Positions 39,613-48,174 of a stretch of 64,000 bases of DNA are shown here, piece by piece. Origin of the DNA: Candidatus Micrarchaeota archaeon (GTDB lineage: Archaea; Micrarchaeota; Micrarchaeia; Anstonellales; Bilamarchaeaceae). Made by a program: the position numbers and the translations under genes. Location of the stretch: positions 134,863 through 198,862 of the forward strand of contig JACRGD010000007.1 in the NCBI GenBank assembly GCA_016212525.1. Reading direction: 5' to 3'. The number at the start of each line of letters is the position of its first letter. The first letter of the stretch is position 1. The notes below the pieces were generated by a model. That model was not told the origin of the DNA. It searched no databases and was given only the letters and a program-made list of their open reading frames with translations.

Positions 39613-40488
39613 TTAGAACAGATCATTCAAAACCGCTAAAAATCCATCGAAAAAACCGCGTTCTGGCGCGCGCATCGGAACAGCGATTTCGGACCAGTCG
39701 CCAGGTTTATCGGAATTTCTTTTTATCTGATGAGCAGCATTAAGATCGCCCTCAATTGCCAGAACCTGAGCACTTACAGACAAGCTAGCTTCGAGCATTT
39801 CAAGAACCAATGTTGCCGCGACTGCACGAGCTTCTAGCGAGGCAGTGTGTTTAGAGATGTCAAAAACGCCAAAGACAGAGGCTGCATAAAATGACTCATC
39901 TGGATTGAAATGAACTGTTTGGATCTTCCCATTTCCCCCTCGAGTTAGATATTCAGGATATCCAAGAAGAAGATGACTGCCAAACTGACCATAACTTATC
40001 TGGCCTAGTGCCTCAGAAACATCAGAAGGTGAGACAGTTGAACCAAGCATACTGCTTAGAATTACCGAAGATCGATTTGGATCATATATTTCAAGGCCGC
40101 TATGACAGGGCAGATCTTTAGCATTTTTTCCTACCTCTTTTCGAAGCCTCAATTTTAATCCGGCAGCCTCGAAAACGGACGATTTTTCTAAAAGAGGGGC
40201 AAAATAGTTCTCTGGACCGACATTGTCTAAGACAACATGATTAACTTCAGTAGTAGAACATCGACAAATTTCCATCAGTCCCAAAGGCTTAAGACCCAGA
40301 ACCGTAAGGGCAGCACTCATCGAAACTCCATAGCGGGGATTTCGCAATCTTTGAAACTCTTTCAACGCAAACATAGCTTCAGTTGCTTTTTGGAATTGCA
40401 CAGGTGTTTCTAATGGAGCATCAGGAAATTGAGGTTTTATTCGATCTCGCATAGTTGCCCTAAGGAAATCGACCTTGTAGGCGCTCAT
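39613..40488 (-). CDS. Hypothetical orphan protein
   Basis: 291-aa ORF, no recognisable motif. Confidence 0.7.
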   Translation of the reverse strand: MSAYKVDFLRATMRDRIKPQFPDAPLETPVQFQKATEAMFALKEFQRLRNPRYGVSMSAALTVLGLKPLGLMEICRCSTTEVNHVVLDNVGPENYFAPLLEKSSVFEAAGLKLRLRKEVGKNAKDLPCHSGLEIYDPNRSSVILSSMLGSTVSPSDVSEALGQISYGQFGSHLLLGYPEYLTRGGNGKIQTVHFNPDESFYAASVFGVFDISKHTASLEARAVAATLVLEMLEASLSVSAQVLAIEGDLNAAHQIKRNSDKPGDWSEIAVPMRAPERGFFDGFLAVLNDLF

Positions 40489-40814
40489 ATGTTATAAATA
40501 GTGGATAAAGTGGTTAATATATCTTTCGATCCAAGTACAAGCCACAGCTCAAGACTTTGACCAACCAATTTACTCGCAAGCCGACCAAAGGGACGCGACC
40601 CGAGCGAAGCGATGCAAAGTAATGTATATGGGCCCGCACGGATTATGAAGTTCCTAAGTACACCCATATCAGCTTCAAATTACAACCAAATAAGTTGCCA
40701 CTCATAAATTGAAATCAGTTGGAACAGAACAAAGAGGCTTTTAAGAGGAATAAATTCTAAAAATAAAAACGTTTAAATACGTAATGCACGTAACATACAT
40801 ATAAAGGTGAAAAA

Positions 40815-41045
40815 ATGGTCAGTATAACATTAGCAGTTCCTGCAGAACTGAAAACAGATATGGACAAATTTCCGGATATAAACTGGTCGGCAGTAGCACG
40901 GGAAGCAATAAAACAGAAGATCATACTTCTTAAAAAGTTCAGAGAATTTACAGAAAGCAGCACACTAAATGAAGAGGAAGCATTACGATTGGGAAGGGAA
41001 GTAAATAAAGCACTAGCAAAAAAATACACGAGAGAAAGGAGCTAA
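40815..41045 (+). CDS. Antitoxin, ribbon-helix-helix type
   Basis: MVSITLAVPAELK..INWSAVAREAI, directly upstream of a PIN gene. Confidence 0.8.
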   Translation: MVSITLAVPAELKTDMDKFPDINWSAVAREAIKQKIILLKKFREFTESSTLNEEEALRLGREVNKALAKKYTRERS

Positions 41046-41049
41046 AAGA

Positions 41050-41451
41050 ATGGATTTGGTAGTAGATGCAAACATTTTCTTTGCTGCTTTGGTTAAAGAT
41101 GGCACCACAATAGATCTTTTGCTGGAGCCAGAAATCCACCTATTTGCACCAGAATTCCTTTTTGAAGAGATAGAGAAACATATGATTGAGATCCTCAAGA
41201 AAACAAACAGAAGCCAGAAGGAATTTAACGAAATTTTTGAAATACTAAAACTTAAGATCACAGTAATCCCAAAAGAAGAATTTGAAGGATTTTTAGAAGA
41301 AGCATCGAAAATATCTCCAGATCCCAATGATTCAATCTATTTTGCACTTGCACTCAGACTGGATTCGGCAATATGGACTAACGAACGAAAACTGAAGGAT
41401 CAGAATCGAATTAAGATCTACAATACTAAAGACTTGCTAGGACGACAGTGA
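41050..41451 (+). CDS. PIN-domain toxin (VapC-like)
   Basis: LVVDANIFFA, DPNDSIYFALA and IWTNE acidic motifs. Confidence 0.9.
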   Translation: MDLVVDANIFFAALVKDGTTIDLLLEPEIHLFAPEFLFEEIEKHMIEILKKTNRSQKEFNEIFEILKLKITVIPKEEFEGFLEEASKISPDPNDSIYFALALRLDSAIWTNERKLKDQNRIKIYNTKDLLGRQ

Positions 41452-41643
41452 ATGAAAAATGAGCAACACCCACTAGTCAGATCACAGTCCAACTTCAAAG
41501 AAAGATTACGAATGGAGTTTAAGACAAGAAATCAACAGGACTTTGACCAACCAATTTACTTTAATCTAACGAATAGGCGTATTTTGGGGTGAAACCCTTT
41601 TTCCACCGAGTGAGCTTTAGCTCACGAAGCTAAAAGGGCTCAA

Positions 41644-41768
41644 TGGGCCCGCGCGGAATCGAACCGCGGATCTTCCGCACTTTCCAAACTTTTCAGCAAG
41701 TTTTTGATGAAACTTTTTACTAAAAAGTTTGTGTGAAGCGGACGTCTTAACCATTCGACTACGAGCCC
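41644..41768 (-). tRNA. tRNA-Val(CAC) with 52-nt intron at 37/38 (intron 41680-41731)
   Basis: Acceptor GGGCTCG/CGGGCCC, anticodon stem TCCGC/GCGGA, TT-CAC-A then intron, relaxed bulge-helix-bulge, GTTCGATTCC T-loop. Confidence 0.92.
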
Positions 41769-41774
41769 GGAATT

Positions 41775-41958
41775 GAGTTGAACGAAGTGAAACTCGATTC
41801 TGAAGAACGACCTCTCAAAGAGGTCGCGAATGCAAGCAAGAACGAGCAGTCCTTGCGTTCCACAAACGGCCTGTTAAGGCCGCGAAGTGTTGAGTTGAGC
41901 GAAAGCGAAGCTCAAGCCTGAAGAATGAGCGAGCTTTAACTCGCGAAGTCTCAACGCC
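41775..41958. repeat. Two degenerate copies of a multi-hairpin GC-rich unit upstream of tRNA-Val
   Basis: GAGTTGAACGAAGTGAAACTC..CTGAAGAA.hairpin versus GAGTTGAGCGAAAGCGAAGCTC..CTGAAGAA.hairpin. Confidence 0.7.
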
Positions 41959-42014
41959 TATTTCAAAGAGATGGTAGAAAAGTAATAAATAGATAGCAGA
42001 AAAGAGAATGAGGG

Positions 42015-43151
42015 ATGAGAATACTAAAAAGACTCCTGCTCACATTAATATTAGCGATTGCACTAGCCCATGCACTAACAATCGAAAATCAGGCGAAATT
42101 GGCCAGAAGCACATACGTCCAGATAAACGTAACTCGAACGTATCAACTAACAATAAACGAAACAATAATACCGGAACTTTCCGAAATAACAGGAAGACAA
42201 TACATGATCGAACTGAGCCACATCATAAATGGAATTCATCTAAATGAAAATGGAGACATACTAACTGAAAACGAACCCTCAGAAGAGACTTGGGAAAAGG
42301 AAGCGATAGAGGCAATCGAAGCCAAAATAGTCGGAGACTACGCCCGAATAGAACACATAAAGAAATACGGAGATGAGAGTACAGAAACGCAAAATCAAAA
42401 ATACATAGGATATTTCCAAGCTGCTTATGGAAGAATGGGAGATCGGCATTCATCGGGCAAAATAAAACTAGAAAAACAATCAGAAGATATACGAATAATA
42501 TCAAGTAATGAAAAACCCCAAGAGATAATTAAAATAAACCAGAGTAACCAAAGCCAAATCGTAATACTAAAAACAGGAAATACCAGCAATATTTTTTGCG
42601 CGAATTTTAGCAACGCATCCATACAACCCGGAGATACCGCATACGTAGTCGGACATAATCAGACAACCGAAAAGGCAATTATTTCCAGAATTGAAAATAG
42701 CACAATAACATTGGACAGAGACATCGCAGGCGGATCGATCATATTAAATGAGGAGGGAGATGAGATCGGATTCGCATTAACCGATTCCAAAAACGCAATA
42801 GGAGCTGCCATAATAGTAAAAAGCAGTGAAAGCGCAGGAGGGAAAAACATACAGAATCAAAATCTTGCAACATATGCCCAGGCACTAGAAGATTTAGAAA
42901 ACAATGAATATGAAAAAGCTATTGAAACGCTCAAGACCATTATTGGAAATAATCCAAAAGAAGAGATCAAAAACACATACGAAATTACAGTAGCGAAATC
43001 CAATGAACCCGCAAACATAATCAGAAAGCCGTTGATTCTTGGAGCAATAATAGCGATCATAATCCTGGGAACAATCTGGGCTGGGAAAGACAAAATTTTC
43101 AAAAAGAAAGAGAGCAAAGGTTATTCGATTCGGGACAAGGATTTTGAATAG
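42015..43151 (+). CDS. Membrane-anchored secreted protein with degenerate trypsin-like fold
   Basis: Signal peptide; GIHLNENGDILT, GDTAYVVG and DIAGGSIILNEEGDEIGF mimic HtrA/trypsin motifs; C-terminal TM with Lys tail. Confidence 0.6.
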   Translation: MRILKRLLLTLILAIALAHALTIENQAKLARSTYVQINVTRTYQLTINETIIPELSEITGRQYMIELSHIINGIHLNENGDILTENEPSEETWEKEAIEAIEAKIVGDYARIEHIKKYGDESTETQNQKYIGYFQAAYGRMGDRHSSGKIKLEKQSEDIRIISSNEKPQEIIKINQSNQSQIVILKTGNTSNIFCANFSNASIQPGDTAYVVGHNQTTEKAIISRIENSTITLDRDIAGGSIILNEEGDEIGFALTDSKNAIGAAIIVKSSESAGGKNIQNQNLATYAQALEDLENNEYEKAIETLKTIIGNNPKEEIKNTYEITVAKSNEPANIIRKPLILGAIIAIIILGTIWAGKDKIFKKKESKGYSIRDKDFE

Positions 43152-43210
43152 GTTTTTATAACGTTTTGGAAATAGAGTAGATGGAGAGTGCGGATTAGAA
43201 TTGATTGTTT

Positions 43211-43283
43211 AGTCCCGTGGTCTAGCGGTCAAGGATACAAGGCTTTGGACCTTGGGACGGCGGTTCGAATCCGCCCGGGACTA
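43211..43283 (+). tRNA. tRNA-Gln(UUG)
   Basis: AGTCCCG/CGGGACT acceptor, CAAGG-CT-TTG-GA-CCTTG anticodon arm, GTTCGAATCC. Confidence 0.96.
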
Positions 43284-43334
43284 TTTAATCCAAAATAATA
43301 ATCCAATATAAAATCGTAGATACATAATCAGAAC

Positions 43335-44714
43335 ATGAAATTGCAGATCATCGCCTTTTTGATTATTGGATTACTCATTTTTGGCTGCGCTCAGAGTAAC
43401 AACGACACACAAAAAATCAGCAACAAAAGTTCGCGTACCGCGACTTCATTAAAACAATGTGAGGATAGCGATGGCGGACTTGACGAGAATGCAAATGGTT
43501 TTGCCATTGATAATAGACAGAAGGCTACAGATAGCTGCGTCAATGAGAGCGTTGTTGCCGAAGGATATTGCACCAGAGAAGATAAAGTTGCGGTGCAGGA
43601 AATATCCTGTGACAGAGGAAAAATATGTCAAAACGGGGCCTGTGTAGCAGTAGCAAATGTTCAAAATCAGACAACAGTCCAACCAATAACTGAAGCAGGA
43701 TGCAGCGAAACAGATAACGGAAATAACATTTATCAAAGCGGAACGGTCCGTGTTCAGAATCGAATATATTCAGATGTTTGTCAGGGAGCATACGACATAC
43801 TTGAATATTACTGTCAAAACGGAGAACAAAAACAAGCCAACTTACACTGTCCAACAGGATCAAGATGCCTAAACGGAGCGTGCACAGAACTCGAACGCAC
43901 ATGCAGCGAAACAGATGCAAACGATCAGGATTCATACGGTCAGACAACGATCTATGGTGGGGGCATAGTAGTGAATCGGGAATCGGATAGATGCCTTGAT
44001 GGTTTGAGCAATTTAGAATTCTACTGCGACGGAACGCAAATGAGCAATAGAACAGTGAATTGTGGAACGGGAAAATACTGTAGTTCGGGAATGTGTCAGA
44101 ACATTTGCACAGATTATGATCAGGGCCAAAATCAACAGAACGTCAATTCGTACGTACGAGTAAGAAACGAAACATACAACGACTTGTGTCAGGACCAAAA
44201 AACTCTCCTTGAATGGAGCTGTGATGGAACAACCCCAACGAACAGACAGATCACGTGCGATGGTGCATGTAATAACGGAAGATGCATTAACAGAAACGAA
44301 CTTACCTGTATTAATGAAGGGTCAGTTGCACAACTAATCTATGACGGAAAAATAATAGAGCAGAGAACCAGTTCGTGTGCAGATAGCAGAACGCTAAGAC
44401 AGGTTAGCTGCATAGATGGTGAATTCATAACAGATGCGCTAAGATGTACAAGCGGTGATATTTGTTCGAGCAGTGATTGTATAACTCCAACACCAAATTC
44501 GTGCTATGATCTAGATTCCGGAAGCCGGGACGCATATTCGCAATCGTCGGTTATAAGAATCAACAGAGAAGGAGTAAAGAGCGAACAGACAGATGACTGC
44601 CTAAGCGACAGCACAGTAATCGAATACAGCTGCGATCAGCAGAATGTGAAGGTCGATTATAAGACATGTCCCAGCGGATACAGCTGCAGATATGGAGCCT
44701 GTCGAGCAATATAA
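43335..44714 (+). CDS. Secreted/lipoprotein with six Cys-rich ~60-aa repeats
   Basis: Signal ending LIFGC; repeated C-x-D/E-x-D..D-x-C..E-xx-C..C..C-xx-G-x-C units. Confidence 0.85.
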   Translation: MKLQIIAFLIIGLLIFGCAQSNNDTQKISNKSSRTATSLKQCEDSDGGLDENANGFAIDNRQKATDSCVNESVVAEGYCTREDKVAVQEISCDRGKICQNGACVAVANVQNQTTVQPITEAGCSETDNGNNIYQSGTVRVQNRIYSDVCQGAYDILEYYCQNGEQKQANLHCPTGSRCLNGACTELERTCSETDANDQDSYGQTTIYGGGIVVNRESDRCLDGLSNLEFYCDGTQMSNRTVNCGTGKYCSSGMCQNICTDYDQGQNQQNVNSYVRVRNETYNDLCQDQKTLLEWSCDGTTPTNRQITCDGACNNGRCINRNELTCINEGSVAQLIYDGKIIEQRTSSCADSRTLRQVSCIDGEFITDALRCTSGDICSSSDCITPTPNSCYDLDSGSRDAYSQSSVIRINREGVKSEQTDDCLSDSTVIEYSCDQQNVKVDYKTCPSGYSCRYGACRAI

Positions 44715-44718
44715 AGAG

Positions 44719-44955
44719 GAGTGAGGAGCATAGTCTGTCTTTTGTTTTTTAAGATGGAATTGGACTAAGCGGCCAGAAATGGCCTTGCTCCTTCAAACGA
44801 CATCAGAAACGGCCGTTTCAACTGCAGGGCAGTATCGTTTCTGTTCCGTTTCATTTTGCCTTAAGCAAAGATGTCTAAAAGAGGACAGAACTTCCTCACT
44901 AGCTACGACCGCCAAAGCGGGCGTGGCGATAGCGTGATCCATCTGCACCTCACTC
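44719..44955 (-). ncRNA. rnpB: RNase P RNA, short (~237 nt)
   Basis: P1 GAGTGAGG/CCTCACTC, P2 GATGG/CCATC, GAGGAAGTTCTGTC (44897-44884) pairing with GACAGACT (44739-44732) as P4, plus ACAGAAAC, TGAAAC and GGAGCAAG conserved segments. Confidence 0.9.
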
Positions 44956-45022
44956 AAATAGAAAAGAGAATGATAGGGTTTTTATTATATCCAGAAAAGA
45001 AAAATAGAGAAGGAAAGCCAAA

Positions 45023-45808
45023 CTATCCAAGATAGGTTGCCAACATTACACCCAGATCTCGTGAAATTTCAGTAACCAAAGTAAGTACCCGATCTGCAAT
45101 TGTTATTTGAGTTGCTGCCTTAAGAGAGGGTAGTTCAAGATGATGAGGGAAATCTCGCTCATATCTGACTCTTTGATCTGAAGTTACGATCTGAGGCCCA
45201 CGAATATTATAGTAAACAGTACCCTCGAGAGTTTCAAGAGATATGCGCGATGTCAAAGCCAGACATGCCCCATCGCCTACTTCAAAGCCATTGGACAAAG
45301 GCACATGCCTAAGAGAAGGATTAGACCTACTAAAGAATTGAGTTTTGGCCCCAATTTGACGCTTTCCGATTACGCCAACATCCGAACTGGCTACGAGAGT
45401 GGGTAAACTTTCTGGATCGACTCGACCAATAACGCTTAGAACGATATCTCGATTAGCACTATATGAAACAGATCGATCAATTTTGAAAACAACTCCATCA
45501 TCAGAAATAAATCGATCACCCGGATCTGGATGATCAAATCCCAAATCACCAAAACGCACAACGAAGGTTGGAGAAGTACCCATTTCATGAAGACCAATAC
45601 GACCCACAATTGTAGTAGTTCCAACAACGATTCTATCGCCTTTAGTCAGGTCTTTAAACAAAAAACCAGGCAGACCTTCGTCCATAGCTCTAAGATTCTC
45701 AACTGAGGGCAAAGTGAAAAGTTTGGACGGTCTAGTACTACCATCAGTTTGAAAAGAAGTAGGTGGAATTTCATGAAGTTTTTTTGGACCTTTAGTAGTA
45801 GAAGTCAT
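45023..45808 (-). CDS. Hypothetical orphan protein (beta-rich)
   Basis: 261-aa ORF with upstream TTTATAA; no motif recognised. Confidence 0.65.
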   Translation of the reverse strand: MTSTTKGPKKLHEIPPTSFQTDGSTRPSKLFTLPSVENLRAMDEGLPGFLFKDLTKGDRIVVGTTTIVGRIGLHEMGTSPTFVVRFGDLGFDHPDPGDRFISDDGVVFKIDRSVSYSANRDIVLSVIGRVDPESLPTLVASSDVGVIGKRQIGAKTQFFSRSNPSLRHVPLSNGFEVGDGACLALTSRISLETLEGTVYYNIRGPQIVTSDQRVRYERDFPHHLELPSLKAATQITIADRVLTLVTEISRDLGVMLATYLG

Positions 45809-45895
45809 AGAAGATGAATATTAATGGAAAAGATTATAAACAGGGATAGAAAAAGTATTGAAACTCAGAATGCACAGGACCATGAAAACAGGACA

Positions 45896-46255
45896 TTATA
45901 ATTTCTTGAACGCTTCAAGAAGAGATTTATCAGAGGTCATTAGTTCAATATTGAATTTCTTCGCATAGTAGGCATAAGACGCATCATAAAAAGTAAGGCC
46001 TAAATTTTCTGCAGTTTTAGAAATGCCTGCAAAGTCAGCCTGATCCACACGAATAATATTTAGATTCAGATCTAGGAGATAATTTTGAAACTGAGCATAG
46101 TCATCATAAGAAATAGTCTTAAGTTTTTTGTAATGTTTCAGGAGCACATTTCCAAGCTCATAAAGAGTAAGATCCAAAATGCATGAATCGAATTGGAGCG
46201 ATGAATCCTCAGCAATTAATTGATCATAAAAATAACTTGTATCAATGAGTTTCAT
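45896..46255 (-). CDS. PIN-domain toxin (VapC-like)
   Basis: LIDTS, LTLYELGN, LTFYDASY and LMTSD. Confidence 0.88.
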   Translation of the reverse strand: MKLIDTSYFYDQLIAEDSSLQFDSCILDLTLYELGNVLLKHYKKLKTISYDDYAQFQNYLLDLNLNIIRVDQADFAGISKTAENLGLTFYDASYAYYAKKFNIELMTSDKSLLEAFKKL

Positions 46256-46469
46256 CTCTATCCTCTCTTATTGAAGCAATAAACTGATCTCGAGGAATTT
46301 TTCTCAATACAGAAGCCAATTTAGCAATGGCAATTTGGGATTTTTTTAGTTTTTGATTCTCGGCTGCAGCAATGATACTAGTTCGAACAACTTCAGTTAT
46401 GCTGATTTTATTTTCCCTTAGAATCTTAATCGCCTCATCAGGAACCCTTGCAGATATTACAACATCCAT
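46242..46469 (-). CDS. Antitoxin (VapB-like)
   Basis: MDVVISARVP..ISITEVVR..FIASIREDRD; overlaps the PIN gene start. Confidence 0.8.
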   Translation of the reverse strand: MDVVISARVPDEAIKILRENKISITEVVRTSIIAAAENQKLKKSQIAIAKLASVLRKIPRDQFIASIREDRDETH

Positions 46470-46548
46470 AATACAATAGTTGTATTACAAATTAATAAAG
46501 CTATCGAAAATACACCAGAAAGAAAAATGAAAAAATACGGATTCGACT

Positions 46549-47514
46549 TCAGTCATCGAGTCCTTTTGGAGTTACCCTAAAGACTGCTTCGCCCTCAGGC
46601 ATGTTTGGTGAATCAACCAGTCGGGCAATTCGCTTGTCTTCCTTGCTCTTTCGAACATACAAACGGTAGGTCGACATATGTGCAAGTACGTGTCCACCAA
46701 TTGGAGTAGTCGGATCTCCAAAAAGAATACCCGGATTATCCATAACCTGATTGGTTACATAGACTGCAAGATTGAATTTTTCCGCCAGTTTCTGGAGAGT
46801 GTGAACATGCTTGTTGAGCTTCTGCTGTCTTTCGCTAAGCGCACCACGACCCAAATAATCAGACCTAAAGTGAGACGTAAGTGAATCGATAATGACGAGC
46901 TTTATGTTGTTCTTCTCAATTATCTCATCAGCACGCTCTGCCAGAATTATCTGATGATCACTGTTCTCTGCACGGGCAACAGTAATGTTTTTGAGAACAC
47001 TTTGAGCATCCATATCCTGAGCTTCTGCCAGTTGAACAATGCGTTCTGGCCTAAAGGTTGCCTCAGTATCGATAAAGAGTACACCTCCCGCAAGACCACC
47101 TTTTTCAACAGTTTTTTGAACATTGACACAGAGCTGGAATCCAAGCTGGGATTTTCCACTTGAAAATTTACCATACATTTCGGTAATGGCCATGGTTTCT
47201 ATCCCGCCACCTAAAAGATCATCTAGAGAAGAAGAACCAGTCTTGATTCGGGTGATGCTTTTTCTTCTCTCATAAACAGCATCTGCAGTCTCGAATCCGA
47301 TTTCAACCATGCTTTTTGCAGCTTCGATTGCTTTCTTGGCAGCTTCTACACTCATACCCGCAATTTCAGCTAATTCGTGTGGCATTGCCGCAGCAAGAGC
47401 GGAAAATTCGCCATAACCAGATGCTCGCAACTTTTCGGCAGTAACTTCACCAACTCCCGGCAGGTCTTCTAATTCCTTGTAATATTTCTTTTTCTTATCT
47501 TTTTCTTCAGCCAT
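46549..47514 (-). CDS. radA: DNA repair and recombination protein RadA
   Basis: HhH LEDLPGVG, GKFSSGKSQ, FIDTEATFRPERI, IIDSLTSHFR and PIGGHVLAH. Confidence 0.98.
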   Translation of the reverse strand: MAEEKDKKKKYYKELEDLPGVGEVTAEKLRASGYGEFSALAAAMPHELAEIAGMSVEAAKKAIEAAKSMVEIGFETADAVYERRKSITRIKTGSSSLDDLLGGGIETMAITEMYGKFSSGKSQLGFQLCVNVQKTVEKGGLAGGVLFIDTEATFRPERIVQLAEAQDMDAQSVLKNITVARAENSDHQIILAERADEIIEKNNIKLVIIDSLTSHFRSDYLGRGALSERQQKLNKHVHTLQKLAEKFNLAVYVTNQVMDNPGILFGDPTTPIGGHVLAHMSTYRLYVRKSKEDKRIARLVDSPNMPEGEAVFRVTPKGLDD

Positions 47515-47549
47515 TTTAACACCTTACAATCATTAGTCAATTAGTTCGT

Positions 47550-47822
47550 TCATTTATTATTAGGAAAAACCAGCAACTTCAAATTGCCGATTTTAAGAGT
47601 ATAAAAATCATTCCCGTTTTTGGAAACGTTCTTCCACATCCCACCCACGCTCAGATAGATCACATTCCCATTTTTGTCCCGATCTGCCTGAACTACCCGA
47701 AAGTCAGGTTTGTTACCAGAACCAAATTGAGCATTCTGGCCCGATGTATCGGTAGGTTTTTCATCGCCAGTAACTTCTTCGAAGTTTTCATGATCATCAA
47801 TTTTTACGCTCGATTCCTTCAT
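47550..47822 (-). CDS. Small hypothetical protein with acidic N-terminus and beta-rich C-terminus
   Basis: VGGMWKNVSKNGNDFYTLKIG resembles DUF736-like small beta proteins (by eye). Confidence 0.65.
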   Translation of the reverse strand: MKESSVKIDDHENFEEVTGDEKPTDTSGQNAQFGSGNKPDFRVVQADRDKNGNVIYLSVGGMWKNVSKNGNDFYTLKIGNLKLLVFPNNK

Positions 47823-47914
47823 TTCGACACCCCATTAGAATATACTACTATATAGGAAGCCTTAGGGGATCTTGGGGTATTTAAACTTTGAGAGACACCT
47901 CATTTCCGCGGAAG

Positions 47915-48120
47915 CGCGAGCCGACCAACGGGAGGCGAAGCTAAGCAAAGCGCTAACTTTGCGATGCGATCGGAGCGTAGCGACGAGCAGCCGCGAGCCG
48001 ACCAAAAGGAGGCGAAGCAGAGTAAAACATCAGCTTTGCGACGCGAGCAGACCTGAACAGAGCGAAGGTCTGCGAAGCTACTACAAGTCGCCCCAAAGGA
48101 CGACGACGCTGAGCGAAGTA
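47915..48120. repeat. ~77-bp tandem GC-rich repeat with GCGAAGC mini-hairpins
   Basis: CGCGAGCCGACCAA(C/A)(G/A)GGAGGCGAAGC at 47915-47941 and 47992-48018, each followed by a CTTTGCGA-containing segment. Confidence 0.85.
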
Positions 48121-48174
48121 ATTGAGAAACGACCGGATGCGATGTTTTTTAAAGTTAAAAACGAAATGCAAGTC

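Larger units (their letters stand above)
40553..41560. repeat. 22-bp perfect direct repeat GACTTTGACCAACCAATTTACT (40553-40574 and 41539-41560) flanking a TA module
   Basis: The identical 22-mer was read at both positions. Confidence 0.9.
40628..41659. mobile_element. Putative ~1-kb tRNA-Val-targeted islet carrying a TA pair (att-like remnant)
   Basis: 40628-40644 matches the tRNA-Val 3' end (41643-41659) at 15/17 nt; no integrase in the window. Confidence 0.5.

Noticed and set aside
17210-43283. The two similar tRNA-Gln genes as attL/attR of a 26-kb element
   Set aside because: Both are complete genes with different anticodons, and the interval holds core genes (valS, ribosomal operon, S-layer).
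41775-48120. GC-rich repeats at 41.8 kb and 47.9 kb as CRISPR arrays
   Set aside because: Only two degenerate units each, no constant repeat with unique spacers, and no cas genes.
47872-48174. 101-aa N-terminal extension of the phosphomutase in the ORF track
   Set aside because: It is an open frame through the GC-rich repeat; family homology starts at MAKYFGTNG (48175).
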